Source: an uncultured virus (IMG/VR IMGVR_UViG_3300037692_000302) (taxonomy: Duplodnaviria > Heunggongvirae > Uroviricota > Caudoviricetes). Taken from it: a DNA stretch of 64,000 nucleotides. Below are positions 26,500 to 36,303 of this stretch, one piece after another. The notes beneath the pieces were generated by a model. It was not told the origin of the DNA and made no database searches. It worked only from the letters and a program-made list of their open reading frames with translations. Positions within the stretch are counted from its first letter, which is position 1; every line of letters starts with the position of its first letter. Both the position numbers and the translations under genes were made by a program. The DNA is taken from the IMG/VR virus record IMGVR_UViG_3300037692_000302. One strand, 5' to 3'.

Positions 26500-29400
26500 T
26501 GGCTCGCACATGTCTGGCGCGATGATCGCGTTGATGCCGACCGTGGAGGATGCGGCCCGGTTGGCGATCGAGGGCGGCGAGGCCGCGGATCAGCTGCACC
26601 TGACGCTGCGGTACCTCGGTGACGGCGCCAACTTCGACGAGGCCGCGCGTACCGCGATCGTCGACTCGGTGCGGATGCTGACGGAGGGCATGCCGCCGAT
26701 CGTGTCGAAGATCTTCGGTGCGGCGCACTGGAACGGGGGCGGTGACGAGCCGTCGTGGGTGTGGTCCGTCGGCGACGATCCGGAGCGCGGCCCGTCGCTG
26801 GAGGCGGCGCACGGTATGGCGGAGGAGGCGCTACTGATGGCGCCCATGGATGTGGAAATTCCGGAGCCGCACACGCCGTTTGCCGCGCATATCTGTGCCG
26901 CGTACTCCGACGAGCTGGACCTCATCATCCCCATGGAGGAGCGGCTCGGCCCGGTCACTTTCGACCGAGTTCGGGTGGCGTTCGCCGGGGACCACACCGA
27001 CACCCCCCTTGGTGGGCCCGTCACGGCCGCAGCCGGGCCGCTGCGCCGTCGGCCCACCGAGTTGGAGCTCGCCTCCCGCGTCGACTTCGCGCAGATGGAC
27101 AAGGCGTGGCATGAGGCCGTTGACGGCACGGTGGAGGCGTGGGCCAGCGTGCAGGAGGCGATGCGCGCCGAGGTCACCGCCAGCATCCAAGCCGCAGCTG
27201 AGGCCGACGACCTGGACCGGCTCGACGGCCTCGCCGTGGACACCGAGGACGGTTCCCGGCTCCTGATCGCCCGCATGATCGCCTACGCGCGGGAGGCAGG
27301 CGACGCACAGCAAGCTGAGGCCGAAGCCCAGGGCGTCACCGTCCCGGAGTGGTCGCTGGACGACGAGGCGCTCACTGCGGCTGCGATCCGTGACCGGCTG
27401 CGGCAGGTCGGCCGTACTGTCGCGCGTGGCCTCGGGGTGGGACTGGTGCAGTCCGCGGTCCGGCAGGCGATGCGCGTGTGGGGCTCCGGTACGGCGCAGC
27501 AGGTGGCCGCGCAGGTGGATGAGCACCTTGCCGGGCTGTCGGGTGCGGCAGCTGAGGAGCAGGTCGGTGGGGCGATGAGCGTCGCGCAGAACGAGGGGCG
27601 CCTCGCGGTGCTCGCGGTCGCGCCGCCCGCCACGTACACAGCTTCGGAAATCTTGGACAAATCATCATGTAAGCCATGTCGTGACATCGACGGCACCGAG
27701 TACGACACCCTCACCGCGGCCCGCACCGCATACCCGTCCGGCGGCTACACGGGCTGCCTCGGCGGCTCGCGCTGCCGGGGCGCGTTGGTCACCGTGTGGC
27801 CGCAGGGCGGTGAGCAAGCCGCCGCCGGAATGATCTTGGCTGCGAGTGCGTCCACAATGCCGCCGACAAACCACGAAGGAGGCGGCGCCGTGCCGTACCG
27901 CATCGAGCAGGAGCACCCGGACTGCGGTGCCGACAAGCCGTACGCCGTGGTGAAAGAAGCCGACGGCGAGCTGATGGGCTGCCACGACAGCGAGGCCGCA
28001 GCCATGGAGCAGCAGGCCGCCCTGTACGCCGAGGAAGGCGACGACAAGCCCGCAGACGACGGCGACGACATGGACTATGCGGGCAAGACCGCCCCCTGGC
28101 GCGGTCCCCTCGCCATCGAAGGGCAAGTCACCGGCGACGGCCGCGAGTTCGCCCCCGACGCGCTCACCTGGGCCGAACTTCCCGTGCCGCTGCGATGGAA
28201 CAAGGAAGACTCCCACGGCGGCGACCCGAAGACCGTAGCCGTCAACGTCGGCCGCATCGACAGCATCTGGCGCGACGGCAGCCTCATCATGGGCGAAGGC
28301 GTCCTCGACCTCTCCGACGACGACGGACGCAAGGTCCACGGCAAGATCCTCGGCAAGTTCCTCCGCGGCGTCAGCATCGACGCCGACTCCATCGCCGACG
28401 CCGACGTCGAATTCGTGTGGCCCGAAGACGCCAACGAGGGCACCGGAGACGGCGACGAGGGCGACCTGCTGGAGATGCTCTTCGCGCAGCCGGAGAAGAT
28501 GATTTTCCACGGCGGACGCATCCGGGCCGCAACTCTCGTCGACATCCCCGCGTTCGCCGAGGCGTACATCGCACTCCTTGATGAGCAGGGGGCGGTGGTG
28601 GCCGGCGGCCAGCCGATCGGCGCCGAAGCGCTCCAGGCGCTGGCAGTGCAGGATCTGGGTGCGGTCGGCACCCACGACACGGCCACCTCCGACGGGCCGT
28701 GGGACGTGGGCGTGAACGAGAAGCGCATCGACGGGCCGCTCACGCTGGCCAAGGCGCGGGCCGCATACGGCTGGTACGACGGCGGCGCGGTCGAGGACGG
28801 CGAACTGGCGAAGTCCGCGGCGAAGTTCCTCCACCACGAGATCAACGCCGACGGCACCGTGGGCCCGGCGAACTTGACCGCCTGCTCCTCTTCGATCGGT
28901 GCCTTGCACGGCGCCCGTGGTGGTACGTCCATTCCGGAGGCGGACCGGCGTGGCGTGTACGACCACGTTGCGGCGCATCTGCGGGACGCCGGGCGTGAGC
29001 CGGAGCCGTTCCGTTCCCTGCGTGCTGTCACCGCTGGCGCACCGGCCTCGCATCCGGCGATGACCGGCCTGTGGAAGCCGCCCGCCGAGTGGTTCAGTAA
29101 CCCGGAGCTGCCGTTCTACTGCGGGATCGTTGTCACCGACCAGGGGCGCCTGTACGGGCATGCGGCACCGTGGGGGGCCTGCCACATCGGGTTCGACGGC
29201 GAGTGCGTCACTGTCCCGCGGGAGAACGAGCACTCGCACTACATGACCGGTGAGACGGTCTGTGACGACGGCTCGCGGGTGGCGGTCGGCCAGGTCACTG
29301 TCGGAACAGGGCATGCTCCGCTGCATTTTGGGGCGCAGCCTGCGGCGGAGCACTACGACAACACGGGCAGTGCGGTCGCTGATGTGGCGGTCGGCAACGA

Positions 29401-29725
29401 CAAGCACGGCATCTGGATCGCGGGTGCGATCCGGCCGAACGCGGATCCGCTGAGCGTGTACGAGCTGCGGGCGTCGGGGCGGGTGTCGGGTGACTGGCGG
29501 CGGATCGGCGGCCAGTTGCGGATGGTGGGGATGCTCGGCGTGAATGTGGCTGGGTTCCTGGAGGAGGCGAAGATGCGGACGCTGGTTTCTGCCGGGCGCC
29601 CGCAGGCGCTTGTGGCGGCTGGTGTTCCGAAGCAGCGGTGGGCGATGTCGAAGGACGAGTCGGAGCGTCAGGCGATGCGGATCGTGATGCGCATGCTGTC
29701 CCGCCGCGTACACCCGGGGAGGTGA
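26474..29725 (+). CDS. fusion of 2H phosphoesterase, MuF-like domain and capsid maturation protease/scaffold region
   Basis: HLTLRY...AHIC (2H); D..SCKPC..DG...C.G..RCRG (MuF); EG..TGDGR.F...VGRID...GVSID (protease-like). Confidence 0.75.
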   Translation: MGSLTAAADGSHMSGAMIALMPTVEDAARLAIEGGEAADQLHLTLRYLGDGANFDEAARTAIVDSVRMLTEGMPPIVSKIFGAAHWNGGGDEPSWVWSVGDDPERGPSLEAAHGMAEEALLMAPMDVEIPEPHTPFAAHICAAYSDELDLIIPMEERLGPVTFDRVRVAFAGDHTDTPLGGPVTAAAGPLRRRPTELELASRVDFAQMDKAWHEAVDGTVEAWASVQEAMRAEVTASIQAAAEADDLDRLDGLAVDTEDGSRLLIARMIAYAREAGDAQQAEAEAQGVTVPEWSLDDEALTAAAIRDRLRQVGRTVARGLGVGLVQSAVRQAMRVWGSGTAQQVAAQVDEHLAGLSGAAAEEQVGGAMSVAQNEGRLAVLAVAPPATYTASEILDKSSCKPCRDIDGTEYDTLTAARTAYPSGGYTGCLGGSRCRGALVTVWPQGGEQAAAGMILAASASTMPPTNHEGGGAVPYRIEQEHPDCGADKPYAVVKEADGELMGCHDSEAAAMEQQAALYAEEGDDKPADDGDDMDYAGKTAPWRGPLAIEGQVTGDGREFAPDALTWAELPVPLRWNKEDSHGGDPKTVAVNVGRIDSIWRDGSLIMGEGVLDLSDDDGRKVHGKILGKFLRGVSIDADSIADADVEFVWPEDANEGTGDGDEGDLLEMLFAQPEKMIFHGGRIRAATLVDIPAFAEAYIALLDEQGAVVAGGQPIGAEALQALAVQDLGAVGTHDTATSDGPWDVGVNEKRIDGPLTLAKARAAYGWYDGGAVEDGELAKSAAKFLHHEINADGTVGPANLTACSSSIGALHGARGGTSIPEADRRGVYDHVAAHLRDAGREPEPFRSLRAVTAGAPASHPAMTGLWKPPAEWFSNPELPFYCGIVVTDQGRLYGHAAPWGACHIGFDGECVTVPRENEHSHYMTGETVCDDGSRVAVGQVTVGTGHAPLHFGAQPAAEHYDNTGSAVADVAVGNDKHGIWIAGAIRPNADPLSVYELRASGRVSGDWRRIGGQLRMVGMLGVNVAGFLEEAKMRTLVSAGRPQALVAAGVPKQRWAMSKDESERQAMRIVMRMLSRRVHPGR
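27825..27892 (+). promoter_or_regulatory. intragenic late promoter, RBS and in-frame GTG
   Basis: CCGGAATGATC, CACAAT at +28; AAGGAGG before in-frame GTG at 27890. Confidence 0.65.
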
Positions 29726-29731
29726 GAGCGA

Positions 29732-29794
29732 ATGTGCAGTTGCAATAAGAGGCGTCGTCCGGCACCCCCGCCGCCGCCCCCTCCAAGTCTCTGA
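29732..29794 (+). CDS. 20-aa micro-ORF (MCSCNKRRRPAPPPPPPPSL)
   Basis: GGAGGTGA RBS; between protease and capsid genes. Confidence 0.45.
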   Translation: MCSCNKRRRPAPPPPPPPSL

Positions 29795-29808
29795 CCTTTA
29801 GTTATGCG

Positions 29809-29840
29809 GTCCGGCCAACCTAATTGGACGTTGGCCGGAC
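29809..29840. promoter_or_regulatory. 11-bp inverted repeat upstream of the capsid gene
   Basis: GTCCGGCCAAC-N10-GTTGGCCGGAC. Confidence 0.5.
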
Positions 29841-29917
29841 TGTGTGCTATGCGCTAGCCTTCGCAAACAAAGGGCGCCAAACCGCAAGGCGCACACCCCT
29901 TCACAGCGGAGGACTCA

Positions 29918-31669
29918 GTGCCCGAGGAACTCTTCAGCGCCCCGTCCGACCTCACCCTCGTCAGCGACAGCGACCTCGCCGAACTCGAAACACGCGGCGC
30001 AGCAGAGTTCGCCCGCATCGAACAGAACGACGTCGACCCCCAGTCCCTCGCCTACGCGACGACTCTCGCCGACGACCTCGACGCCATCCGCGCCGAACTC
30101 AAGGTCCGCGAAGTCCGCGCCCAGGCGAACTCCGACCTCCAGCGCACCCGCGTCGGCGAGAAGCTCGCCGCACTCAGGGAACGCGTCAACGGCACCGACG
30201 GCCAGGGTGCGGCCAGCACCCAGACCGCAGCCCCCGTCGACACAGACGCCATCGCCGCCGCCGCCGCACAGGGCGTCGCCGCCGAGTTCGTCAAGATCTT
30301 CACCAGCGGGCGAGGCGGCAACGGCCTCGGCGCCGTCGCCAAGCGCGCCACCGCCTCCCTCGCCGAGACCGCGCAGCACGCGCCCGCGCCGAAGGTCCCC
30401 AACGCCAAGCTCGCCGTCACCGCCTCCGTGGACATCCCCGGCGTCGCCCACGGCGGGGAACTCCCCACCCTGCGCGCCCTCGCCGACGTCGTGTCCCGCA
30501 AGGCGAAGTCCATGCCGGTCACGCAGAACAACCCCAACCACCAGCTCGTCGCCAGCATTCGCAACGACTTCGGGCACACCATCGACGACCGCACCAGCCC
30601 GGCGCAGGTCCGCGACCTCATCGACTTCCTCACCGGCCCCGACAAGCAGCAGGCGCTGGTGGCCGGCGGCGGATGGTGCGCCCCCTCCGAGATCCGCTAC
30701 GACTTCTTCAACATCGCCTGCGAAGACGGCATGATCGACCTCCCCACGTTCGGCGTGAGCAGGGGCGGCATCCAGTTCCCCGTCTCCCCGAGCCTCGCCG
30801 ACGCCCTCGGCGGCGGCACCGCCTTCGCCGAATTCGCCGCCACCCTCTCCAACACCTCAACGCCGTTCCTGTGGACCGAAGCCGACGACATCGCCGCCGC
30901 CACCGGCTCCCCGACGAAGCCGTGCATCCGCGTGCCCTGCCCGGACTTCGACGAAGAGCGCCTGGAGTGCTACGGCTACTGCCTCACCGCGGGCAACTTG
31001 ACCGACGACGCCTACCCCGAGGCCACGCAGCACATGCTGCAACTCCTCATGTCGGCGCACTCGCACGTCATCAACGCCCGCCTCATCGCGCTGATGCTGC
31101 TTGGCTCCAGCGCCACCACCACCATCGGCGGCCAGACCGACGACTCCGCCGCACCCCGCATCTACAACGCGGTCGGCATGGCGGCCACCGACTACCGCGC
31201 CAGGTTCGGTATGTGCATCGACGACGTCCTCGAAGTCGTCCTGCCGTACTGGGTCCGCGAAGTCATCCGCGCCGACCTCGCATGGAAGGCGGGCGTCGAA
31301 CTGCCTGCCGTCTCCAACGCGGAGGTCGACTCGTACTTCGTGGCCCGCAACGTGCGCGTCCAGTGGGTCAACGACTGGCAGGTCCGCGGAGCGAGCCAGT
31401 TCGGCAACGCCACCCCCATGACCGCATGGCCGACCACCGTGGACTTCCTCATCTACGCGGCCGGCACGTTCATCCACGGCAACGGCCTCTCTCTCGACCT
31501 CGGCGTGATCCGCGACTCGGTTCTCAACGAGACCAACGACCACACCGCCGCCTGGTCCGAGGAATGCCACCTTGTCGCCCGCGTCGGCCACGAGTCCCGC
31601 CGCTACACCGTGCCGTTCAACGTCAAGGGCAGCACCGGCGCGATCCTCGGCGACGAAGCCCGCGTCTGA
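29918..31669 (+). CDS. major capsid protein (hexamer-type, N-terminal coiled-coil extension)
   Basis: GGWCAPSE..YD; RGGI.F; KPC..VPC; GGAGG RBS; position. Confidence 0.85.
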   Translation: MPEELFSAPSDLTLVSDSDLAELETRGAAEFARIEQNDVDPQSLAYATTLADDLDAIRAELKVREVRAQANSDLQRTRVGEKLAALRERVNGTDGQGAASTQTAAPVDTDAIAAAAAQGVAAEFVKIFTSGRGGNGLGAVAKRATASLAETAQHAPAPKVPNAKLAVTASVDIPGVAHGGELPTLRALADVVSRKAKSMPVTQNNPNHQLVASIRNDFGHTIDDRTSPAQVRDLIDFLTGPDKQQALVAGGGWCAPSEIRYDFFNIACEDGMIDLPTFGVSRGGIQFPVSPSLADALGGGTAFAEFAATLSNTSTPFLWTEADDIAAATGSPTKPCIRVPCPDFDEERLECYGYCLTAGNLTDDAYPEATQHMLQLLMSAHSHVINARLIALMLLGSSATTTIGGQTDDSAAPRIYNAVGMAATDYRARFGMCIDDVLEVVLPYWVREVIRADLAWKAGVELPAVSNAEVDSYFVARNVRVQWVNDWQVRGASQFGNATPMTAWPTTVDFLIYAAGTFIHGNGLSLDLGVIRDSVLNETNDHTAAWSEECHLVARVGHESRRYTVPFNVKGSTGAILGDEARV

Positions 31670-31711
31670 TCCCGACCGGTGTACGAGCGAGCAGGAAAGA
31701 GGTGAGCGACG

Positions 31712-32593
31712 ATGGCCGGAGCACGCCAGATCATCGCACCGCCGACGTTCACCGCCCTGCCGTACGGGCTGTGGGACTCGATTCAGCACCCGGCGCCTCC
31801 GCCGCACTGGCAGCAGGGTGTCACCTGGATCGAGCACTGCCCCACCGCGGACACGACGTACGACGAATGCCTCGCCGTCACCGGCACCGGCGGCGCACCG
31901 CCCGAACCGCCGGCCAAGACCGGCAACGTCGAGCAGACGTTCCGGGGCGCTACCCCGTTCACGGTGTACGCCGAGTTCGAATGCTCCCCGGTGGGCGTGG
32001 CCGAGGCAGGTTCGGTTGCCGGGGATGCGCTGGCCCGGGTGGAGCAGCAGCAGGTGGAGACGGCGTTCTGGACGGGCACCGCCGGCGGCCAGCCGGTGGT
32101 GTTCCCGCACCTGGCGGCGGACACCGAGGTGCTGGACTCGCAGGACATTGTGCTTCAGCCCGTCGCGTCCCCGGCGGTGACGGGCGCCGATGTGGCGCAC
32201 GCGCTCGGCGAACTGGAGCAGGACCTCGCCGCCTGCTACGCCGGACAGGGCCTCATCCACGTACCCCGCATCGCTTTGCCGACTCTCGCCGCGGCCTACC
32301 TGGTTGTCGAGCGGGATGGGCGGCTGTACACCCCGGCCGGTAATCAGATCGTGGTCGGCGGCGGCTACACCGGCAGCGGCCCCGACGGTGCTGCCCCGGC
32401 CGCCGGAACGACGTGGATTTACGCGACCGGTGCCGCGTTCGGCTACCGCGGTGACGTGTTCCTCACGGAGCTCCGTGACTCGCTGGACCGGTCCGCGAAC
32501 ACCATCCGCATGATCGCCGAGCGCACCTACGTGCTCGGCCACGAGTGCTGCCTGCTGGCTGCGCACATCGTCCTGGGCGTGCCCACCGAGTAG
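31712..32593 (+). CDS. second capsid protein (probable pentamer protein)
   Basis: LPYGL, W..GV.W...C, PF.VY...C; directly after the major capsid gene. Confidence 0.6.
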   Translation: MAGARQIIAPPTFTALPYGLWDSIQHPAPPPHWQQGVTWIEHCPTADTTYDECLAVTGTGGAPPEPPAKTGNVEQTFRGATPFTVYAEFECSPVGVAEAGSVAGDALARVEQQQVETAFWTGTAGGQPVVFPHLAADTEVLDSQDIVLQPVASPAVTGADVAHALGELEQDLAACYAGQGLIHVPRIALPTLAAAYLVVERDGRLYTPAGNQIVVGGGYTGSGPDGAAPAAGTTWIYATGAAFGYRGDVFLTELRDSLDRSANTIRMIAERTYVLGHECCLLAAHIVLGVPTE

Positions 32594-32605
32594 GAGAAGA
32601 ACACC

Positions 32606-33283
32606 ATGGCTGCTACTTCTACGTGCGCAACCCCCATCAAGGGCACGCACCTGCGGATCATCGCTCTTGACGCCTGCGGCGTACCGGTCACCGGCGATTC
32701 TGGGCTGGTCGCCGTAACGTCCGGGTTCGTACAGGTCGAGATGGAACCCGACTACGAGGACGGTGAGGAGTTCTTCGAGCGCACCGCCAGCGGCGCGGCA
32801 TGCGTGAACCAGAAAGACGACCCCACCCTCAAGCGCATGGGCCTGACCGTGCAGATGTGTGAGGTCAACGTCTCCGCGATCTCCTACATCATCAGCGCAC
32901 GCGAACTGACGACCGGTACGCCGACGACAGGCACCGGCTTCGCGGTCGCCGAGGGCAACCCGACGAACCGGTTCAGCATGGAGGTGTGGCAGGAGGTCGC
33001 CGGGTCCGGGGCGTGCGACGCGTCGGGGAATCAGCGGTACATCTACCACGCGTGGCCGAACGTGGGTGCCACCCAGATCGGCTCGTACACCATCGAGAAC
33101 GGCCGCTCCACGTTCGAGTTCACCTCGGAAACCCGCGGCGCTTCGGCAACGTGGGACACGCTCGTCGGCGAGGACTTCCTCCCGGCCGGGGAGAGCGTCG
33201 ACATCGACGAGCATTGGGTGTGGAACGTGACCACGGCCACGCCGCCCACAGTGGCGTGTGACCCGACCACGCTCGCCGCATAA
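32606..33283 (+). CDS. major tail protein
   Basis: LD.CG..; YEDGEE..ERTA.G..C; Thr/Gly-rich; position. Confidence 0.75.
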   Translation: MAATSTCATPIKGTHLRIIALDACGVPVTGDSGLVAVTSGFVQVEMEPDYEDGEEFFERTASGAACVNQKDDPTLKRMGLTVQMCEVNVSAISYIISARELTTGTPTTGTGFAVAEGNPTNRFSMEVWQEVAGSGACDASGNQRYIYHAWPNVGATQIGSYTIENGRSTFEFTSETRGASATWDTLVGEDFLPAGESVDIDEHWVWNVTTATPPTVACDPTTLAA

Positions 33284-33301
33284 CCCAGCAGCGGAGCACT
33301 G

Positions 33302-34939
33302 ATGGCGCTCGCCCAGTACACGGACACGTTCTGGTTCCCCACGGGCGCCCTCGCCGCGAACATCGCGGCAAGGGTGTTCCCGAAGGCCTCCAGCGCCCTG
33401 GCCACCCTGTGGGCGGACGCGGCCGGAACCATCCCGCTGGCCAACCCGACCACCACCACCGGCGCCGGGGTGCTGTCGTTCTGGGCGGAGTCCGGCGAGT
33501 ACTGGGTCCACCTGGACTCTGAAACCTTCGGCGTCACCGTGGGCATGTCGCAGGAGCAAGCCGACCTGTCCACCGGGATTGCGTCCGGCGGCGAGATTAG
33601 CGCCAGCGCAGTGCCGTCCTCCGTGGACATCACCGCCGTGGACGGCTACATCGTCAACTACCTCGCCGGCACTCAGACCGAGCCGGTCATCACCCGCGTG
33701 AAGACCGCCGCGCAGACCGTCGCTCTGGACGCTGCGGCGCTGCTGCGGGCGACGACGTGGTGGCTGCTGGACTCCACCGGGGCTGTGATCCAACAGGCGG
33801 CCAAACCCGATGCGGTGCAACAGCGTACGCACATCATGCTGGGTGTGACCGCGCAGGCCGGCGGAGTCGTCATCGTTGACCAGTCTCTCCCCGTGATCCT
33901 CCCCGGGCAGGCGAACCAGCTCGTCGACCTGATGGAGTCTCTGGGAGCGTTCAACATTTCCGGGAACCTGATCGCCGCCAGCGGCGCCAACCTGATGATC
34001 GACCACAGTTCCGGGACCGTATTCAGCCGCGCCTTCGGTCATTTCATCTCCGGCGTCCTGACGAACAGCCCCCACATCGTCACCACACAGGCCCAGTCCC
34101 CAGCCGATTTCATCCGCATCACCCGGTCCACCACCACGGCGCCTGCCCTGACGAACCTCATCGATGTCGCCAACTATGACGTCGGAGGCGTCGTCACGGC
34201 CATCGGGGGCAGCACCAACCGGTCGAGCGTCCACCGCGTGTACCTATTTCCCAACAACGATCCGCAGCGACAGCTGATCGTCCAGTACGGGCAGACGGCA
34301 TACGCCACCCTCGACGAGGCCGTCGCCGCAATCGGCACTGAAGCCTTCGTCGAAAACCCGTCGTTCATCCAGGGCGGCGGCGCCCTCCTTGCATTCATCG
34401 CGGCCAGGCATACTGCGACCAACCTGTCGGACACGACCCAGGCGGTGATCGTGCAGGCGGGAAAGTTCGGGTTGGGCCCGTCTGGGCAGGCGTCGCTGGT
34501 CGGGTTCGCGATGCTGTCGGGCGCCGCATTCACGGGCGCCGTGTCGGTCAACGACGCCAACCTGTCGGTCCTCGACACCGGAGTGAAGGGGTACAGGTTC
34601 CGCCAGGACGGATCCGCCCTGGACCTGGAAGGGTCGGGAGCTGACCTCCTGCTGTCGAACTGGTCCGGCACCAGCTTCAACGGCACGCAGTACTCGCACA
34701 GCCGGTATTCCTCCGGGGCCCTGGCCCAGCAGCAGGCCGGACTGGTGGAGTTCGTCGACGCCCTGTACGGCACTGTCCGGCACACCCTCAACGGGGGCGC
34801 CAACACGGCCGGGTTCTTTGGAGCGGCGCCGGTCTCCCGTCCGGTCGTGACCGGTTCGCGGGGCGCCAATGCGGCGCTCACGTCGCTGCTCACCGGCCTC
34901 GATTCGCTCGGTCTGGTCGACGACCAGACCACCGCCTAG
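33302..34939 (+). CDS. fibre-like virion protein
   Basis: Thr/Ala/Gly-rich; C-terminal GFFGAAPV.RP.VTGSRG.NAAL.SLL..L..LGL. Confidence 0.6.
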   Translation: MALAQYTDTFWFPTGALAANIAARVFPKASSALATLWADAAGTIPLANPTTTTGAGVLSFWAESGEYWVHLDSETFGVTVGMSQEQADLSTGIASGGEISASAVPSSVDITAVDGYIVNYLAGTQTEPVITRVKTAAQTVALDAAALLRATTWWLLDSTGAVIQQAAKPDAVQQRTHIMLGVTAQAGGVVIVDQSLPVILPGQANQLVDLMESLGAFNISGNLIAASGANLMIDHSSGTVFSRAFGHFISGVLTNSPHIVTTQAQSPADFIRITRSTTTAPALTNLIDVANYDVGGVVTAIGGSTNRSSVHRVYLFPNNDPQRQLIVQYGQTAYATLDEAVAAIGTEAFVENPSFIQGGGALLAFIAARHTATNLSDTTQAVIVQAGKFGLGPSGQASLVGFAMLSGAAFTGAVSVNDANLSVLDTGVKGYRFRQDGSALDLEGSGADLLLSNWSGTSFNGTQYSHSRYSSGALAQQQAGLVEFVDALYGTVRHTLNGGANTAGFFGAAPVSRPVVTGSRGANAALTSLLTGLDSLGLVDDQTTA

Positions 34940-34950
34940 GGGACCCCACC

Positions 34951-35787
34951 ATGCCGGTCATCAACCCAACTCCTCAGACCACGCCGGGCGGTGCCGGCGA
35001 TATCACCGGGCCGTGCGCGGACTGGCCTGTCACCTGGACCTGTGACCTCGACACACTGAACCCGGCGGTGACCGGGATCGCCGTCTCTATGGCCACGGAG
35101 ACGCTGTGGGCTTTGACGGGGATGCGGTTCGGGGTGTGCCAGGTGACGCTCCGCCCGTGCGCCCGCGACTGCCAGACCGGTTCGTTCTACGACGACTTCG
35201 GGCCCCCGTGGGCGTCGGGCTCCTATCCGCAGCCCGCACTGATCGGGGGGCTTTGGTACAACCTGACGTGCGGTTCCTGCGCGGGTGACTGTTCGTGTAC
35301 CGAAGTGTCTGAGGTGCGGCTGCCGGCCCCGGTGAACACGATCGTCGAGGTGCTGATCGACGGCACGCCGATGGTGTCGGGCGCGTACCGGGTCGACAAC
35401 AACCGGCTGTTGGTGCGCACAGACGGGCAGCGCTGGCCGCGCTGCAATGACTTGAACCTGGACGACACCGAAGTGGGTACCTGGTCGGTGACGGCGACGT
35501 ACGGGGAGTCGCTGCCGGAGGGCGCGTCGCTGGCGGTGGGCCAGTTGGCGTGCGAGATCGCGAAGGCTGCGGATGGCGGGGACTGCAAGTTGCCGGCCGG
35601 ATTGCAGCAGCTCGTACGCCAGGGGGTGACGATCTCGTATCCGGATGTGGGTGAGCTGTTCCGGCAGGGGCGGACGGGCCTGTATCTGGTGGACATGTTC
35701 GTGGCGACGTGGAATCCGTACGGGCTGAGACAACGCTCGCGGGTGTACAGCGTGGACCGGCCGACGGTACGTAGAGCGGGGACCTGA
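34951..35787 (+). CDS. head-to-tail adaptor
   Basis: Cys-rich; LWALTG.RFG.C; LACE; RQGV; position. Confidence 0.7.
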   Translation: MPVINPTPQTTPGGAGDITGPCADWPVTWTCDLDTLNPAVTGIAVSMATETLWALTGMRFGVCQVTLRPCARDCQTGSFYDDFGPPWASGSYPQPALIGGLWYNLTCGSCAGDCSCTEVSEVRLPAPVNTIVEVLIDGTPMVSGAYRVDNNRLLVRTDGQRWPRCNDLNLDDTEVGTWSVTATYGESLPEGASLAVGQLACEIAKAADGGDCKLPAGLQQLVRQGVTISYPDVGELFRQGRTGLYLVDMFVATWNPYGLRQRSRVYSVDRPTVRRAGT

Positions 35788-35788
35788 C

Positions 35789-36295
35789 ATGCCGATGATC
35801 TCTGGCGAGCTGAAGTGGTACACCGTTGCCTCACGCCTGGAGCAGGCGATCTACGCCGAACTCACCGTCGCCCCCGACCGGCACGGTGTCGTCCCCGGGG
35901 CGATCGCCTGGGACGCCTGCGACTGCGGTCTCCTCGCCGTGTCCGTCGGCCAGATCTACCCGACCGAGCAGTTCCCCAACCCGGCGCAAGCCCGCGTCGG
36001 CAACGGCTGCGACGCGCCATGGGAAGCCGCCGAGATCATCATGCAGGTGGTGCGGTGCACCCCCACCCACGACGACCAAGGCAACCCGCCCACCACAGCC
36101 GCACTCGACACGTCCGCCCGCGAGATCCTGACCGACGCGCATCAGATGATGCGCGCCGTCTCCACCACCCTGTGCCAGATGAACAGGGACCGCGAGATCT
36201 CCGACTTCGTCATGCGCGCCAACGCCCCGCAGGGCCCGTCCGGTGCGTGCGGCGGCAACGAACTGCGCGCCGTCGTCTCCCTCCCACGGAACTGA
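35789..36295 (+). CDS. head-tail connector or tail completion protein
   Basis: WDACDCG; GPSG.CGG; position. Confidence 0.55.
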   Translation: MPMISGELKWYTVASRLEQAIYAELTVAPDRHGVVPGAIAWDACDCGLLAVSVGQIYPTEQFPNPAQARVGNGCDAPWEAAEIIMQVVRCTPTHDDQGNPPTTAALDTSAREILTDAHQMMRAVSTTLCQMNRDREISDFVMRANAPQGPSGACGGNELRAVVSLPRN

Positions 36296-36303
36296 GGACG
36301 CTC

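Noticed and set aside
30857..34234. 1125-aa minus-strand ORF and similar long ORFs (27665-29713 minus, 39376-41547 minus, 29824-32343 plus)
   Set aside because: Shadow frames of well-supported structural genes; stop-poor because of high GC codon bias; no recognisable motifs
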